A stretch of 63,320 nucleotides of DNA, the filler included, from Hyphochytrium catenoides (taxonomy: Eukaryota; Protista; Hyphochytriomycota), in NCBI GenBank assembly GCA_900088475.1. It is 9 parts of 9 records of this genome, joined end to end, with 100 filler letters (N's around TTAATTAATTAA, not from the genome) between each part and the next. Parts side by side here need not be neighbours in the genome. Positions count along the whole stretch, not along the records: positions 23,743 to 25,564 come from FLMG01003371.1; positions 25,665 to 27,579 come from FLMG01004453.1; positions 27,680 to 51,866 come from FLMG01002923.1; 6 more parts are not named here. One strand, written 5' to 3'. Of the stretch, positions 25,421 to 37,807 are shown piece after piece. The position numbers were made by a program, and so were the translations under genes. Position 1 is the first letter of the stretch; every line of letters starts with the position of its first letter. A model generated the notes under the pieces. The model saw nothing but the letters and a program-made list of their open reading frames with translations, made no database searches and was not told where the DNA came from.

Positions 25421-25830
25421 CTGACGGAGAGGAAAGAGGGCAAAAGAGAGAGAGGGAAAGCGAGTGATGAGAGAGAGGGAGAGAAAGTAAGCAGTGGTGA
25501 AGAGACAGAGGGTGTAAGAGGCAGTACAGTAGAAGGCCATCGGGGGATAAAGAGACAGAAGGGGNNNNNNNNNNNNNNNNNNNNNNNNNNNNNNNNNNNN
25601 NNNNNNNNTTAATTAATTAANNNNNNNNNNNNNNNNNNNNNNNNNNNNNNNNNNNNNNNNNNNNGGGCAGAAGAGGAGATGGCAAATGTGTGGGCAAAGG
25701 AGATAAGGGCAAACATTCTAGACAAACAATCTTTGAGAGACAGGACAGAGCAGGCTGATAACCCAAAGTCTCTCCCCCATCCCATTGCCCTTTTGGCCTC
25801 CTCATTTCCCCTTCCCCGCTCTCAGGACTG

Positions 25831-27550
25831 ACATCAATCAAAATCAGCGCTTTTTTCAGCAGCATCCATATGTCCTCATAAGACTGCACAGATGCCCGAG
25901 CTGCCTTAAACTCTGCAGTCGCAGATTGAAGGTCGCCAAGCTGTGGAGGATTGAGAGCAAGAGCCAGTGGAAGAATCGTCATCGCCAGTTCCCCTGAGAG
26001 AAAGCAGTGGACACACCACGAAGACAGAGCAGTAGTTCTAGCCAGGAATGGACAAAGGAAAGAGAAACTGTGAAGAGTGGATGCGCTTATAGGAGACGAG
26101 TGACGCTGTGGACAAGGAACGAGGCTAACGCTGCCGAGCAAGAGCTTACGCTCAGGAGCAGTGAGAACGTGAAGAGGCGCAGCAGGACAACTCTAGCAGC
26201 GTCGCACTGACCTCAGCTTTGCAGATCGCCCGAACTACATGCGAAACTTCATCAGCCCATCGTGGGTAAGCGAATGACACAGCTGCGAATCTCACTCTCA
26301 GCACCTCAGTATGGCTAGGGACTTCTTCGTCCTCATAATAAAGGGTCTCCTCTAGAGCAGATTAAGGCCAAGAGTAGAAGAAGAACAGCAAGACGAAGTG
26401 AGACGAGTAACATCAGAAGCAGAGCCAAGTAGTAGAGAGCAAGCAATCAAATGGGGGCCGTCCTTCCAAACGTCACCTGGTACGAAACAATGCTCCTGAC
26501 CCCATCCGTCAAAGAGTGGCATATACCGCTCGCTTCGCTTGAAGGCGTCTCTGGCGGCAGTAAGACAGGTAAGATAGATGTATGAGCAATGGAAACTGAC
26601 GGGAGAGAAAGGAAACAGAGCCAACACAAAACACAGATAGTCCACCGACCCACGAGGCTGACATCAACGGGGAAGAGTCGACAGGACAACAGGTAAGCCA
26701 GTCTTGGACTTCTCTAACTAACTAACTTACACTGCTTCTTCGAGACATGCAGGATCGTCTATTTGTGTCAGCGCTTTCGTGGCTTCATCATAGTGACCCT
26801 GTGCGAAGAGCGCCTAACAATCATAAACGGGTGAGTCCAACAGAGACAAATAGACCATGGGGACGAACGCAGGCCCACGAAGAAGTAGAGCCAGCCCGTG
26901 CACTACCTGCAGAAAGTCTGTCACGACGCCCTTCGGAGAGAAACTGGTCAGTTCGTGCTCTGTCCCAGGTGCATGGCTCTTCAGCAGTTCAGTGAGCGCC
27001 AGAAGCTCTCTGGCGGAAGAATGCGTGGACAAGAAAATAGCTGTTGTTAGCGGAAGAAGATGCTGCACCTAACTCTCTTTATGCTAGCAGCGGCCCCAGT
27101 CCTTCTACCGCCCCAACCTCTGTCCCCAACTATGCTTTTTCACATCGTTTGCCTTCAATTTTCCTCCCTTGTCAGTCTTCTGCTACCTCGTTTCTCTGCT
27201 CCCAGAGTACTTACCCTACGTCACTGATCAAGCGCTGGGTCTCGTTCTGCTCCTTGCTGGCGCGGACCATGCGGTGGAGGATTGAGACCTTCAGGCGCAA
27301 CGCAGAAGGTGAAGCCTCCGCCTTCAGGGATGCGAGGCTGCCTGATAAAAGAGCCTGGGAGCAATGTTAAGAGTTAGAGCGGCGCCCTGCTTGCATACTT
27401 TATGGTCAAGGTATAGCAGTCTATCAAGCACCATTTTAACATTATCTCTTTCTCTCTGTTTTCCTGGGGTTCTTAGTGTGCCGCCTATCGGTTTGCCTAC
27501 AGACATCTACCGGATGCAGCTCTCTTCCTTCGCTGCTTGTTGTCCCACCT
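25831..27550 (-). CDS. Hypothetical alpha-helical (TPR-like) protein, internal exons only
   Basis: Chain of GT-AG exons, the last three phase-checked: 'LKVSILHRMVRASKEQ', 'FLQVVHGLALLLRG', 'ARDAFKRS..HCFVP', 'AVSFAYPRWADEVSHVVRAICKAE', 'LGDLQSATAEFKAA..DIWMLLKKAL'. A weak resemblance to MAU2/Scc4-type TPRs is not established. Confidence 0.45.
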
Positions 27551-27679
27551 GCACCTATGATCATAGCCCCTTGAACTCTNNNNNNNNNNNNNNNNNNNNN
27601 NNNNNNNNNNNNNNNNNNNNNNNTTAATTAATTAANNNNNNNNNNNNNNNNNNNNNNNNNNNNNNNNNNNNNNNNNNNN

Positions 27680-28420
27680 CTAACTTAATGTTAAGACGAT
27701 CTGGTAGACCCTGGTGGCTACCGCCGCCAATAAGGTTAGTAACCCGCTGCTTTTCCCTAACCCCCTCCCTATCTTTTACTAACCCGCTGCCCCATCCCTA
27801 TACCGCCGCCTTATCCCTTACCCGCTACCCTTTCTTACCCGCTGCCTTACTCGCTGCCCTAACCTTCTGCCTATCCTACCCTAACCCGCTGCCTATCCCT
27901 AACCTTCTCCCTATCTTATACTATCCCGCTGCCCCATCCCTAACCCGCTGCCTTATTCCTAACTCGCTATCCTTTCTTATCCGCTAATTAACCCGCTGCT
28001 GGTTTTTTGTCACTGCTTTTTTCTTCACCCGCTGCCCTGTATTTCCATCCCTATTCTGTTCGCCATCACTAACCCTTAGCCGCTCCCTAGTCCGCTGCTC
28101 GTTCTTTTCTTCACTGGCCTTTTTCTAACCCGCTGCCCTTTCCCGAACCCCCTGCCCTTCGCTGCCATTTTTTTCGCCCGCTCACTATCCCGCTCACTAA
28201 CCCGCTCACTATCCCGCTCACTAACCCGCTCACTAACCCGCCAAACCCGCTTCCACGCACTGACTAGCCCTCTCTAACTCGCTTGCTGACGAACTCCCTA
28301 TCCCGCTGTTCTCTTTCCACCTTGCTGTTCGTCTTTATCTCTCTTTCACCCCTATAACAACTGCCCCACTATCTTGCCTTTCCTTATACTGTCCCTTCTA
28401 ACCCTAACCCTAACCCTGAG
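27680..28420 (+). repeat. Degenerate telomere-like hexamer array (CCCTAA variants), probable subtelomere
   Basis: Recurrent TAACCC/CCCTAA mixed with CCCGCT(G) at ~6-nt periodicity from the contig start. (CCCGCTCACTAW)x5 at ~28177-28236. Perfect CTAACCCTAACCCTAACCCT at 28398-28417. The C-rich strand is on +, as expected for a left chromosome end. Confidence 0.65.
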
Positions 28421-29309
28421 CAACTTGTGATCTTGCTAGATTTAGTAACAGGTCCCTCACTCCTACGTCCCCGCTCTGGCTTCTGTCAGCCCCTATTCTC
28501 CAACTGTTTTCCCTGTGCAAACAGCATCAGCTGCTCTTTCTCTCCTTTCCTCTTCGTCTACATCTCCCTAAACCGTAGCAAGTACCGTCCCAATATTCGT
28601 TCTAACCCTATGATTACATTCCCTTTGCCCCTTTGCCGTCGCCTTACTCTTTTCCTAACCCTACATGCTCTTCACGCCCGCCGTACTCCAACAACTATTT
28701 CTTTGGTTCCTCACTCCTACCTTCCCGCTCCTGCTTCTCTCTGCTCCTTCTGGTAAATTCTGTCTGTACAAATTCTTCTTGGTGCTCTCTCTCTCCCTTC
28801 TCTTAGTCGACTTCGCTGACATCACTCACTCTCTTCGCACATATAATTGGTAGCTCATTTACCCGTCCCCAACCAAGGAAGGTAGCATGCTCCATGCGTC
28901 AGCTTCCTCTTTCTCCTCCCCTACTACTTCCTTTCGTATTGCATTCCGAGGGATAGAAGTGAGGGAAAGTAGAAATGGAGGAGATGGATTACCACAAGGA
29001 GGGCGCGCCAGCGCCAGAGAGAGAGAGAGAGAGAGGGGGCACGGGAGATTAGAAGAGACAGAAGCAGTGCGAAGGGGATAGACATGTGGAAGGAGATAGA
29101 CCAAAGACAGATGAGCAAGTAGAGAGAGATGAGGGGAGGGGCAGATAGTAACTTATGAAACGAAAGTGTGACTTATTATAAAGGATGGCGACGTTTACCT
29201 CCTTGTTCCTTCGTCTACTCTTGCATCCTTATTATTCAGCTACTCTTGATTACCTTCCTCTTCACTTTCTCGATACTACTAGACTACGCTTCCAGGTTAG
29301 GTGCAAACT

Positions 29310-31590
29310 CTTACGTGTTGGCCTAGGTGCCATAGGCCTCCTCCTTAGCGCCAGTCATGGTGGCCAGTGGAGGTGGTGAAGCCTGGGTACCAAACTCGAT
29401 ACCACGCTACGACGTGCGAGCGTAGGTGCCAGCCATAGAGTGCCAGCAGCGTAGAGTTGTCGGCTTCAAAATGAAAGCTGTAGGCCGGAAAAGGCCATCG
29501 TAGGTGTCAAGCTATGTACGCCTTGGAGTTGTTTTTGATGCCAGTTTCGCTGCCAGCCTTAGTAAGTATGAGCCGAACTTGCAGCGTACTTCTCATCGAT
29601 ACCAAGCTAAGTAGGTATTAGCCTAGCCTAGGAGGCCACTTGATTGCATGGCGTGGTGCCAGCAGTAGTTGCCCGCTTAGATACCACACCAAGGTGCCCA
29701 GCAGCTCAGAACACAGGCAGCCGCAGATGTAGCTTAATTGGCCTCCTTGGTGTCAGTCCCAGTGCCAGGGTAGGTAGCTGCCTAGGTAATCATTGTGTAT
29801 TCTTAGCTCCGGCATTTGGGCCAACGTATAGGTAAGTACTAGCGTTGTTATTGCTGATCTACCCCCGCTATTATTAGCGTCAAGTTGCCGGGTGCCGGCC
29901 CAGGTGCCACCCTTAAGACCACACTAACCCTAAGCCGCATGTACCCGCTTAGAAGATGCCAAGCCTCATACCAGTATTACGTGGAAGCCAACTACCTGTC
30001 ATCCTCATTCTAAGCTTTAGTTGTCAGCGTGATTTGCCATCCAGGCAGACAGTAGGGCCACCCCTGGTGCTAACGTAGGTGTGTGCCAAATATCAGGCTT
30101 AGGGCCAGTCTACGTGCCAGCATTAGGTACCGGCTTCGGAAACCATTTGGCTCTTACTCTTGGTGTCGACACCTAGGTGCCTGCGCATGTCCTAGTCTAG
30201 TTTTCATTCTAGCTGTATCCGGCGGTTTCAGCAAAGATTACTACAAGGTTAGTGAATTTCCTTCTGCTCACCGGATGACGTGACAGAGCATATGACGAGC
30301 TTCTGGCTGGGGGATCAAACGGGAGCTTGACAAAACTAGCCTGGGAGCTCTTCTTGTCGCATAGCTGGGTCAAGTGGGAGGAGGTTCTTGGGGGCCAGAG
30401 ACTGGGTCGTCGTAGCAGTGGGCTGTGTGCGCGCTTAGCGTAGCGAATGTTCGGGAGTGAGAGTTTGAGCGCCTCCTGCCTGCTTGGGCCCTACCATTCT
30501 CGCCGCCGGGTCTTCCGTCCGGACGGGTTGATAGGCCGGGAAGCCTTGGTAATAAGCGTCAGAGTGCCAGGGTCCCAAGAGCTTGATGTCTAACCCTAAG
30601 CCGACCGTTCATTAGTGTAGTCCCGCCTCCTACCCTCAGGAAATGTGTAGAGTACCGTTCGGGAGGTTTTCCGCATGCTGCTGCTGCTTGCTTCACCAGC
30701 TTGCCCACGTCCTCCGCAGTAAAAGTGATCCCGGGCGGTCCTATCGCTAACCTCCCGCTCGTCGCCTGGATGACCCCAGGCCGAGTGGACCATTTTCAGA
30801 GGACAGCCCGCTTTGACAGGGCACGGAAGAGAGTGTCCTGACCTCCTCCGTAAGCGACGTTGAGACTCTCTCCCGATCTGGTCGTCCCTTTTGCCGCCGC
30901 GTAAATTGATAGACCTGCCTCTGTTCTGGTGCTATCTCTGCATGGTCTGCCGGCGCAGTCCTAAAGCCGTAGGTCGTTGATTCTAAGAACGTTGGAACCA
31001 TATCCTCTGCAGTACGCAGCGAAAGCGCCAACCTGCTCAGTTGACTGTTTCTACTGCGCTGCACGGGTGTCAGCTGTGCCTCCCCTCCCCGTTGCCACTG
31101 TGTCTAGGTTCTGGGCAGGCGCCAAAGGCTGAGACTGACCGAGCATATCTGAGACTAAGGGTCAGCGTCATCCTCTAACCGCGCCAGGAAAACCTAAACC
31201 CCCGGATCTTTCTCCTAATCTAGGTGCCTATCTAAATGTCAACCTAGGTGTCAGCCCCAGTGGCAGCGGATTTACTGCGGTAGCTTGGTCCCAGGCTAAG
31301 CACTCGTGACTGACCATAGTCCTTAAGCAGCGCCAGCTTTGGTGGCAGTCTAGATGCCAGCCTCAACGTACTGCTTAGGCCTAGTTCGCCGGAATAGGTG
31401 CTAGATCGGTTCCAGGCTTAGGCCAGACTAGTATTACGTACCAGCATAGATGACTGACCCTACCTCTATGCAAGACCAACCTAGCTGTCGGCTGAGGCGT
31501 CAGCACTAAGTGCCGCAGCACCCAGAAGCGAGCTGAGGTGATTGACCCTAGCGCTAAGCGTTCAGTGGCAGGTCAGCCACCGCGTGCCAG
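29310..31590. repeat. Highly diverged ~12-bp satellite (consensus about CCTAGGTGCCAG), interrupted at ~30220-31090
   Basis: Many variants of taggtgcca, gtgccagc, ggtgtcag and gatgccag on both sides of the interruption. Translation of 30083-30283 shows a 4-residue periodicity (LRASLRASIRYRL). Confidence 0.6.
30300..31064 (-). mobile_element. Degenerate LTR-retrotransposon (Ty3/Gypsy-like) pol fragment, RNaseH-integrase junction
   Basis: In pol order on the minus strand: 'NSQLSRLALSL' (RNaseH end-like), 'AEIAPEQRQ', 'VHSAWGHPGDER..ARDHFY' (HH half of the integrase zinc-binding domain), then 'GLDIKLLGP' (start of the catalytic core). Contains frameshifts and stops. Confidence 0.45.
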
Positions 31591-32861
31591 AAGAAATGCG
31601 CTGATATTATGTATTAAGGCATCCTCTTCAACAATACTCTCTCTCTTGCTCGCCTACTCGAGAGTTATGATGATGGTCTTGTGTGCCCTTTCTTCACCTC
31701 CTCTCTCTCCGATTGTGATTGCTGAGGAAATCAGCAGCTATGATGACTCCTTTCCTGTCTTGATGGTGGACCGGGGGTTAGACAAACCAAGACTTTGTAG
31801 CGTGCTTGTTTCTTTTGTTTATGCTTGCTTCTATCCTTAATCTCCTTGCCTTCTCTGGAAGTACTAATTCAGAAGCAACAAGCAAAAACATTGCCCGTCA
31901 TCTATATAGTAGGGTGATTTTAGAGACAGATGAATGTCCGGGATGAGAGGGGACATACACTCCAGGGAGGTGATTGGCAGACGCTAGGGTGCTCGATATT
32001 CACAAAAGTAAGGTCAAAAGCAGCGGGAGAAAGAAGACCCGGGCTAGGTTAGATGGCTCACACTGTACAAGGCATAGAGGCTAGTAGGACGGCAAGAATA
32101 TCATGTGAATGAGAGCGCAAAGAGGAAGACGGGTCTCCTTCTGCTGTACAAAGGTCTCCCTCTTCTATGAACACCATTTGCACGAGGCGCTGGCAAAGGT
32201 AGTGACTTGGAGAGAATTCTTTCTCCCAGTCATTGTGAAGTTGATCCTTCCGGAGCCATATAACCTTCCTAATTTATTCCTTTGCCAAACAGAGTCGCGT
32301 TACGCCTTCGCTTGGACGTAGACGACAGGTGTTGGAGCTCCTGCCTCACAAAGGTCCAGGTTGTGAGCACTAGAAGCGACAAGCCTCCAGGATTAATAGG
32401 CTGTCCGAAGCAGGAGAATAACCCGTTTCCCAATGCTTCCTACCTCTGTCAGAATCACAAGCCATTTATGAGATTTAGACTAGATAGCTGTGATCGGTCA
32501 CCTCGAGAGTGGACGGCTCTCATCCTTCTACTCTTCTTGGTATCCTTGAATAAGCCCTAATGATACGCATTAGTCTTCCTGCTCGTGTACTATTTGCCTT
32601 AAGTAGTGGATGCTGTCGGAGATCGATCGAAAGACTATTCTTTTTTCAGGACCACTGGAAATACTTTTTCATTAATCTCGCATCCTGAACTTTATAATGT
32701 TTGGAGGTATCAGGGAAGGTTGAGGGCAAAGCCAGAAAAGCCCCTGCTCTGAACTACTATAACTGAGACATTGGATTGCTTGCTTATCCTAGGTTGTCTC
32801 AGGCTTATCATCCCTGCTTGTCCTCCTTATAGCATAACTCCAATCCTAACGCTAACGGCCT

Positions 32862-33296
32862 TAAACGTACCTTCTTATTGGGAGCTCATAAATGTCTTCT
32901 TCAAATTGGTCCCTACCCTCGATGCGCTTATTGTTGAATGCCCTACCATACATCATGGGTTTCCGATTGGGCTCTGTAGCGAACTCTCCTACCATCTTGG
33001 TACTACATTCTCGCGGGTGCCGGGAAGAGTCGATCGCGTAAATGTACTCAGAAGATCCTAAATGTACCTTCTTAGACTGCTCATAATCGAAGTGTTTCTT
33101 CATGCTGGTCCCTACTCCCTAGTCTCGACGCGATCATTGTTGAATTGCCCACCATACAGTATGGGTTGCTGTCCGCCGTTTTATAGCTTAGAGAACATTG
33201 ACACTTTCTCGTTTCCGCTTGGGTTCTGCAGCGAACTCTGCCTGACATGTCGGTACTACATTCTCGCGGTGCCCGGGAAGGGTCAAAGGCGTATTT
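32862..33296 (-). repeat. Tandem ~180-240 bp duplication inside a decayed coding-like region
   Basis: Two alignable copies (~32862-33041 and ~33058-33296) share CGCGAGAATGTAGTACC, GAGTTCGCT, TGTATGGT, TTCAACAAT, GTAGGGACCA and TAAGAAGGTAC on the minus strand. Both translate to 'YAxDxSRxPRECSTxM'. Confidence 0.8.
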
Positions 33297-33725
33297 TACT
33301 CGACACTTGCGCATCATGAAGCTCAGCGTCGAGGAGTTATTCCTATCTAATAAGCATAAATCCTTTGACATGACTTCGACGGTAGATTTTCTAACACTAA
33401 GACGAGTCTTTAACACCAGCAGAGAATGTGAACTAGACACAACTCCCAACCACAAGTTTTACGCACCCGACTTCCTTCCCGTCCAGGCTGAGTAGTGTCG
33501 TCGGCGCAATGAGTATTTTCCTATGGGCGTATTGCGAACAATGACCGGCAAATATGCAGGGCTGAGAAAACTCTGTCATGGCGACATGACATCATGATAA
33601 AGCGTACTCGTAGTTAGAAGGCAGAAGTAGGTCGCCACACGGATTAGTCATAATACTTCTCCGTCAATTATGGCCTTTCTCTTCATATGTCGCCAATCTT
33701 TTCGCACATCTCTGCACTACATCAC

Positions 33726-35350
33726 TTATAATTTGCGGGTAGCTACCAACATCTTAGCCTTACTACTCGAAGTGCCAGTCTTCATCTCCAGGGCAATAAT
33801 AGATCTCCGGGTGATAAATCGATTGTAAGAATCTACTAGCATAGAGCACACCTCCAGCTGCACTTCGGTCCAAAGTGCCTGTCGCTCAGACGACCAAAGA
33901 GACTGGTCGCCATCGCTCCCCAGCATTGCCAGGAGCTTGTTGCGCAGTTCGTCCGAGATGTTGATTTGCATGGAGGATCCCTCTCTAATATGCTTATCGA
34001 CCACCTCTTCCACGAGTGCTCCTCTCGCCTTGGCATCTTCAGCCTTATCTCTCGTCAGTCTCATTGAGGCTTCCAAGAAAATCATGTTTTCCACGCAGAA
34101 CTCTCGCACTAAGTAGTACTGGAATAGGGCTCTGTTGGTTGAAGTCGTGTTAGACAGATATTCGTAAAGTTCACACGCCGTGGAAACCCTATGCAAGACA
34201 TCGGGGGAACCCGCAGACTGCAGTTGAGACTGTTCAAGGTTAATAACCCTACTTTTCTTTTGACCATGTTCGCCGCCTTCCACGGCAGCTCGAACAACCG
34301 TAAGTGGATGGCAGAAAATGTATGCCGAGCACATTGCGATTGACCATACTAGATGGCACGCCCAGCAGATGTTATGGAACGTGACCAGAGAGATTGAACT
34401 TGCGAATTGCTTAAGAAGGAGAGGGATGTCCTGAAGCACGACAAATATGCCGATTATTTTGATGCACCGCAGAGTGTTGCCGCGAAACGGGAAAGCTTCA
34501 GGAACATCCTTCACCACTCTTGCTAGCCACTGATTTAGGATAACCAGGACGAGTCGATTAAGGTAATCTGCCAGCATCTTGAGCAAGAAGACCAAAAAAT
34601 ATTGTGCAGAGAGGTTAGCTACTACAGGATCTAATATTGGGTCTGAAAGCAGAAGAAGAATATGATGAAAGGCGAGTTGTCCCTGTGGAGGAGGCCGATC
34701 CTTACCTGTGGACTAGTCAATGATGAGCATCTTAAGTCTCCCATTGGACCCAATAACACTTCTCTAGCAGTGGTCAGATAGCGTAGGATTGTAACCGGGC
34801 TGCTGATGAGGAAGGATCCCATCACCACTGCGACATCGATAGCAAATCCTTTGGTAATGTCTCGATGGCGTACAAACCAGTTGTTAAGATTTCCCTGAAG
34901 CATGTGATACTGGGCCGTATGGTCCAGATACAAGCGGATTTGGACTGAGAAGCCCACAGCGATGAATGTCATGAAGACCAGCTGTACACAGAAAACGTGT
35001 ACCCAGCATGGCATCATCGGGAATAGAAGATAGTGTACGTAGGAAAAATGCATAGGAATAGTTGTGAGAGTACAGGCTATAATCAGTGGCGGCGTTGCAA
35101 TGTTGACGGGAAAGCTGTGTCGGAACCGATAGAGATACCAAGCCACAACCGTTGCCACACTGGAAAGTAGTAGAAGATAGAGAGCTGCGATGACAGACGC
35201 CCATTGCTCGAATGGAAACGCAACCGGGTAGTTTGACAGCGAAGGATTGGGACGACCGTCATCGGGAATTGGCTGTTCAAAGATGTAGTACCCCAAGTTA
35301 TCAGCGTTGCGATCCGAGAGTGTCGAGTTTCCGACCAGTTCTGAGCTCAT
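33726..35350 (-). CDS. Multi-pass (7TM-like) membrane protein with C-terminal RGS domain (AtRGS1-type architecture), possibly frameshifted
   Basis: About 7 hydrophobic segments across two ORFs (35350-34706 and ~34630-33726). RGS box 'LFQYYLVREFCVENMIFLEA..VDKHIREGSSMQINISDELR..LWTEVQLEVCSMLVDSYNRF' at ~34180-33800. Confidence 0.85.
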
Positions 35351-37807
35351 TATTGTGCGGTCAGCTCCAGAAGGAGTATCTTGCTTGGTGGCAAATTAAA
35401 GGATATGGCCGCTTGATGGCCGATGATGGCCGCGTGGCGACATCAGGAAGACATCATCTAAAGATGGTAACAACGACGGTCGAGTGTCGAGTCTTCTTGG
35501 GACAGAACAGAGTAAATGGTGCAGATTCTGCTTGGAAGAGAGGTAGTAGTAGTTAGCAGCCTCCTTGTTGCAGACAAAGCGCCAGGCCCAGGGAAGAGGT
35601 GGTCAGCTGCACATTCTCCACAAGCGGCCATTCCAAGCCACACCTCGCGTCGCTTTCTACTGCTTTGACCCTGGAGAGCTGACCTTCAATACCGGGCCTG
35701 AACGAGCTGAGTCTAGTCGCCCCACATCCACTGCCGCACTTACCCTTCTCCTTGTCTTCTCTGCGCTTACTTTTGAGGACAGCACCACTCCTATGGAGTC
35801 ACTCCCATGAAGTCCTCCCACCTCCCCGAGGGAGCGTGTGAAGATTCCGAACAAGCAGAGGGTTACATCCCGACTCTCATCAGTGCAGGCCAGAAGTCTC
35901 CAGGCTGGTCTCAGAAGCAGTAAACAGCAAGCTGATCAACGGCCACCAAATAGAGTTCTAAGGACCGTTTTTCCCATCACTCGAAGGGGCTGACGCTGCT
36001 AAAAATAGTCCCAAGTACAATTCCTGAAGGGAGATAAGATGCCTAAGACAAGTCGGGGATTATTATAAGGTGATCCACTTTGCGCCAAGTACTTGCTGTA
36101 CTTACAAGTAGAAGGGCCGTTTCAACTAAGGGAAGTGCTGAGTGTCTGTTGGTCTTGTCTGTATCCCGGTTCGGGCTGATGAGTTGAGTGCGGCACTGCT
36201 TCGAGCGGCGGAGTTTGGGACACAACTGCGCTGAATGTTTGCAATGGCTATTGGATGCCAAACAAAGCGATATTTTGGGTTATATACATGCAACATTATT
36301 ATGCCAGCAATTGGCGTGGTTTGTGCTGGCGGCGGTGAGAGCGAGCAGTCATCGCACACAGACCCCGGGGCCACTGTAGTGTCCACCTCCTGGGCAGCAG
36401 CAGTGAAGAGCATCAGATAATTCTCATCAACAGCACAACGAAAGCCTGTCCATTTTGGTACAGCTTAGAGCGTCATCATCGCCTTACCGTTGTTGTAGTG
36501 CCTTGGCCAGAAGAATGCCTAAGAGGAAATGATAGGGCGGATCTTGCGGTGCAAGGTAAATTAAAGAAGCAAAGTAACGGCTGGAGCTCACGCAGCTTCA
36601 ATCTAGGAAAAGTCTGCTGCAGTAAAGGAAGCCGTGTCACTTATGTTTTGACAAAGTAGCCAACGGATACATCAACGCTATCCATCAGAGCCTAGCTCAG
36701 TGAAATTGGGATGTCTGACGGCTCTTTCTACGTACGCTGCTGGGCTCCTCCTCATAAAAATGTGAGATCGGAGCTTGATAGTAGTGCCAGTGGCCGAGAT
36801 AGAGGGAGTGGCTAACTTGAAGGTGGGGGGTGCTTGTTGACCCGCTCCAAAGGCGCTGACAACAAGACAAGCAGCTGCTTTAGCATAAGAGTGGCGGTGT
36901 AAAAACTTCAACTTCCTCTGAACGGGATCAACAAAACAACGATTGTACTGAGGAGGGCAGGTTACTACCTTGTTCGACCGCTTAAGCAGCCCTGCAGATG
37001 GTGACAAAGAAAGCTTAGAGACCTACTCGAAGAGAGAGCTAGAGTTGTGACTAAAACGAAAGTGAGGACGAAAAAACAAGAGTTGAAAAGCGGGCAGTAG
37101 GACGCTCTTCTTCCTTGCCACATGGCCATGGCAGGTGACGGTAGGGTACGACGGCTCTGTCTAATTGCCTGATGCGTCTCGGGGCCAGTTCCCCTTTCTC
37201 TTATAATGACCAAGAATAATGGCAGCCGGCAAGCGTGGCAGAACTTCACAACAAATGACGGAGATGAATCTGCGCCTGGGAGGACGGTGCACAAGATCAC
37301 TGTTATGATCCTCTAGGGTTAGGTGAAAGGAGAGAGCTGACCTCGCTATTTCTTGAGCTGCCCGCTCGGCCTCGCCTTGTCGCCTGCTAGCACTTCAGGA
37401 AGGCTTCAATCGAGAAGAAAAGACAGCAACTAACCTGTGTGGTGCTCCAAGGTCCAGCGCCCTGCTACTGGTTATTAGAGGTAGACAAGACTTCGCTGAT
37501 TATGGCAGTAGGTAATACTAGTGTTGCTAGTCAGGAAGGGAGGAGGATATAACTTGGCGCTTAGTTCTTAGTTAGCAACTCCAGGACACAGCTATGAAGA
37601 GCCTCTTCATCTCAGCCAGGCCAGGTGGCAAGGAAATCTCCCGGGCCAGTGATATCAAGCATCACTAATCTTAGCGGCGAATGGTGAGCTCGTTACATAA
37701 GCTAGAGAATATGGGTACCACTACGTCGCATGTATTACGAAGATGCCTTCTTAGTCGGTTTGCTCTAGGTTCGAGCTTAATTATACAGCTGAGGTTGAAT
37801 AACCCCC

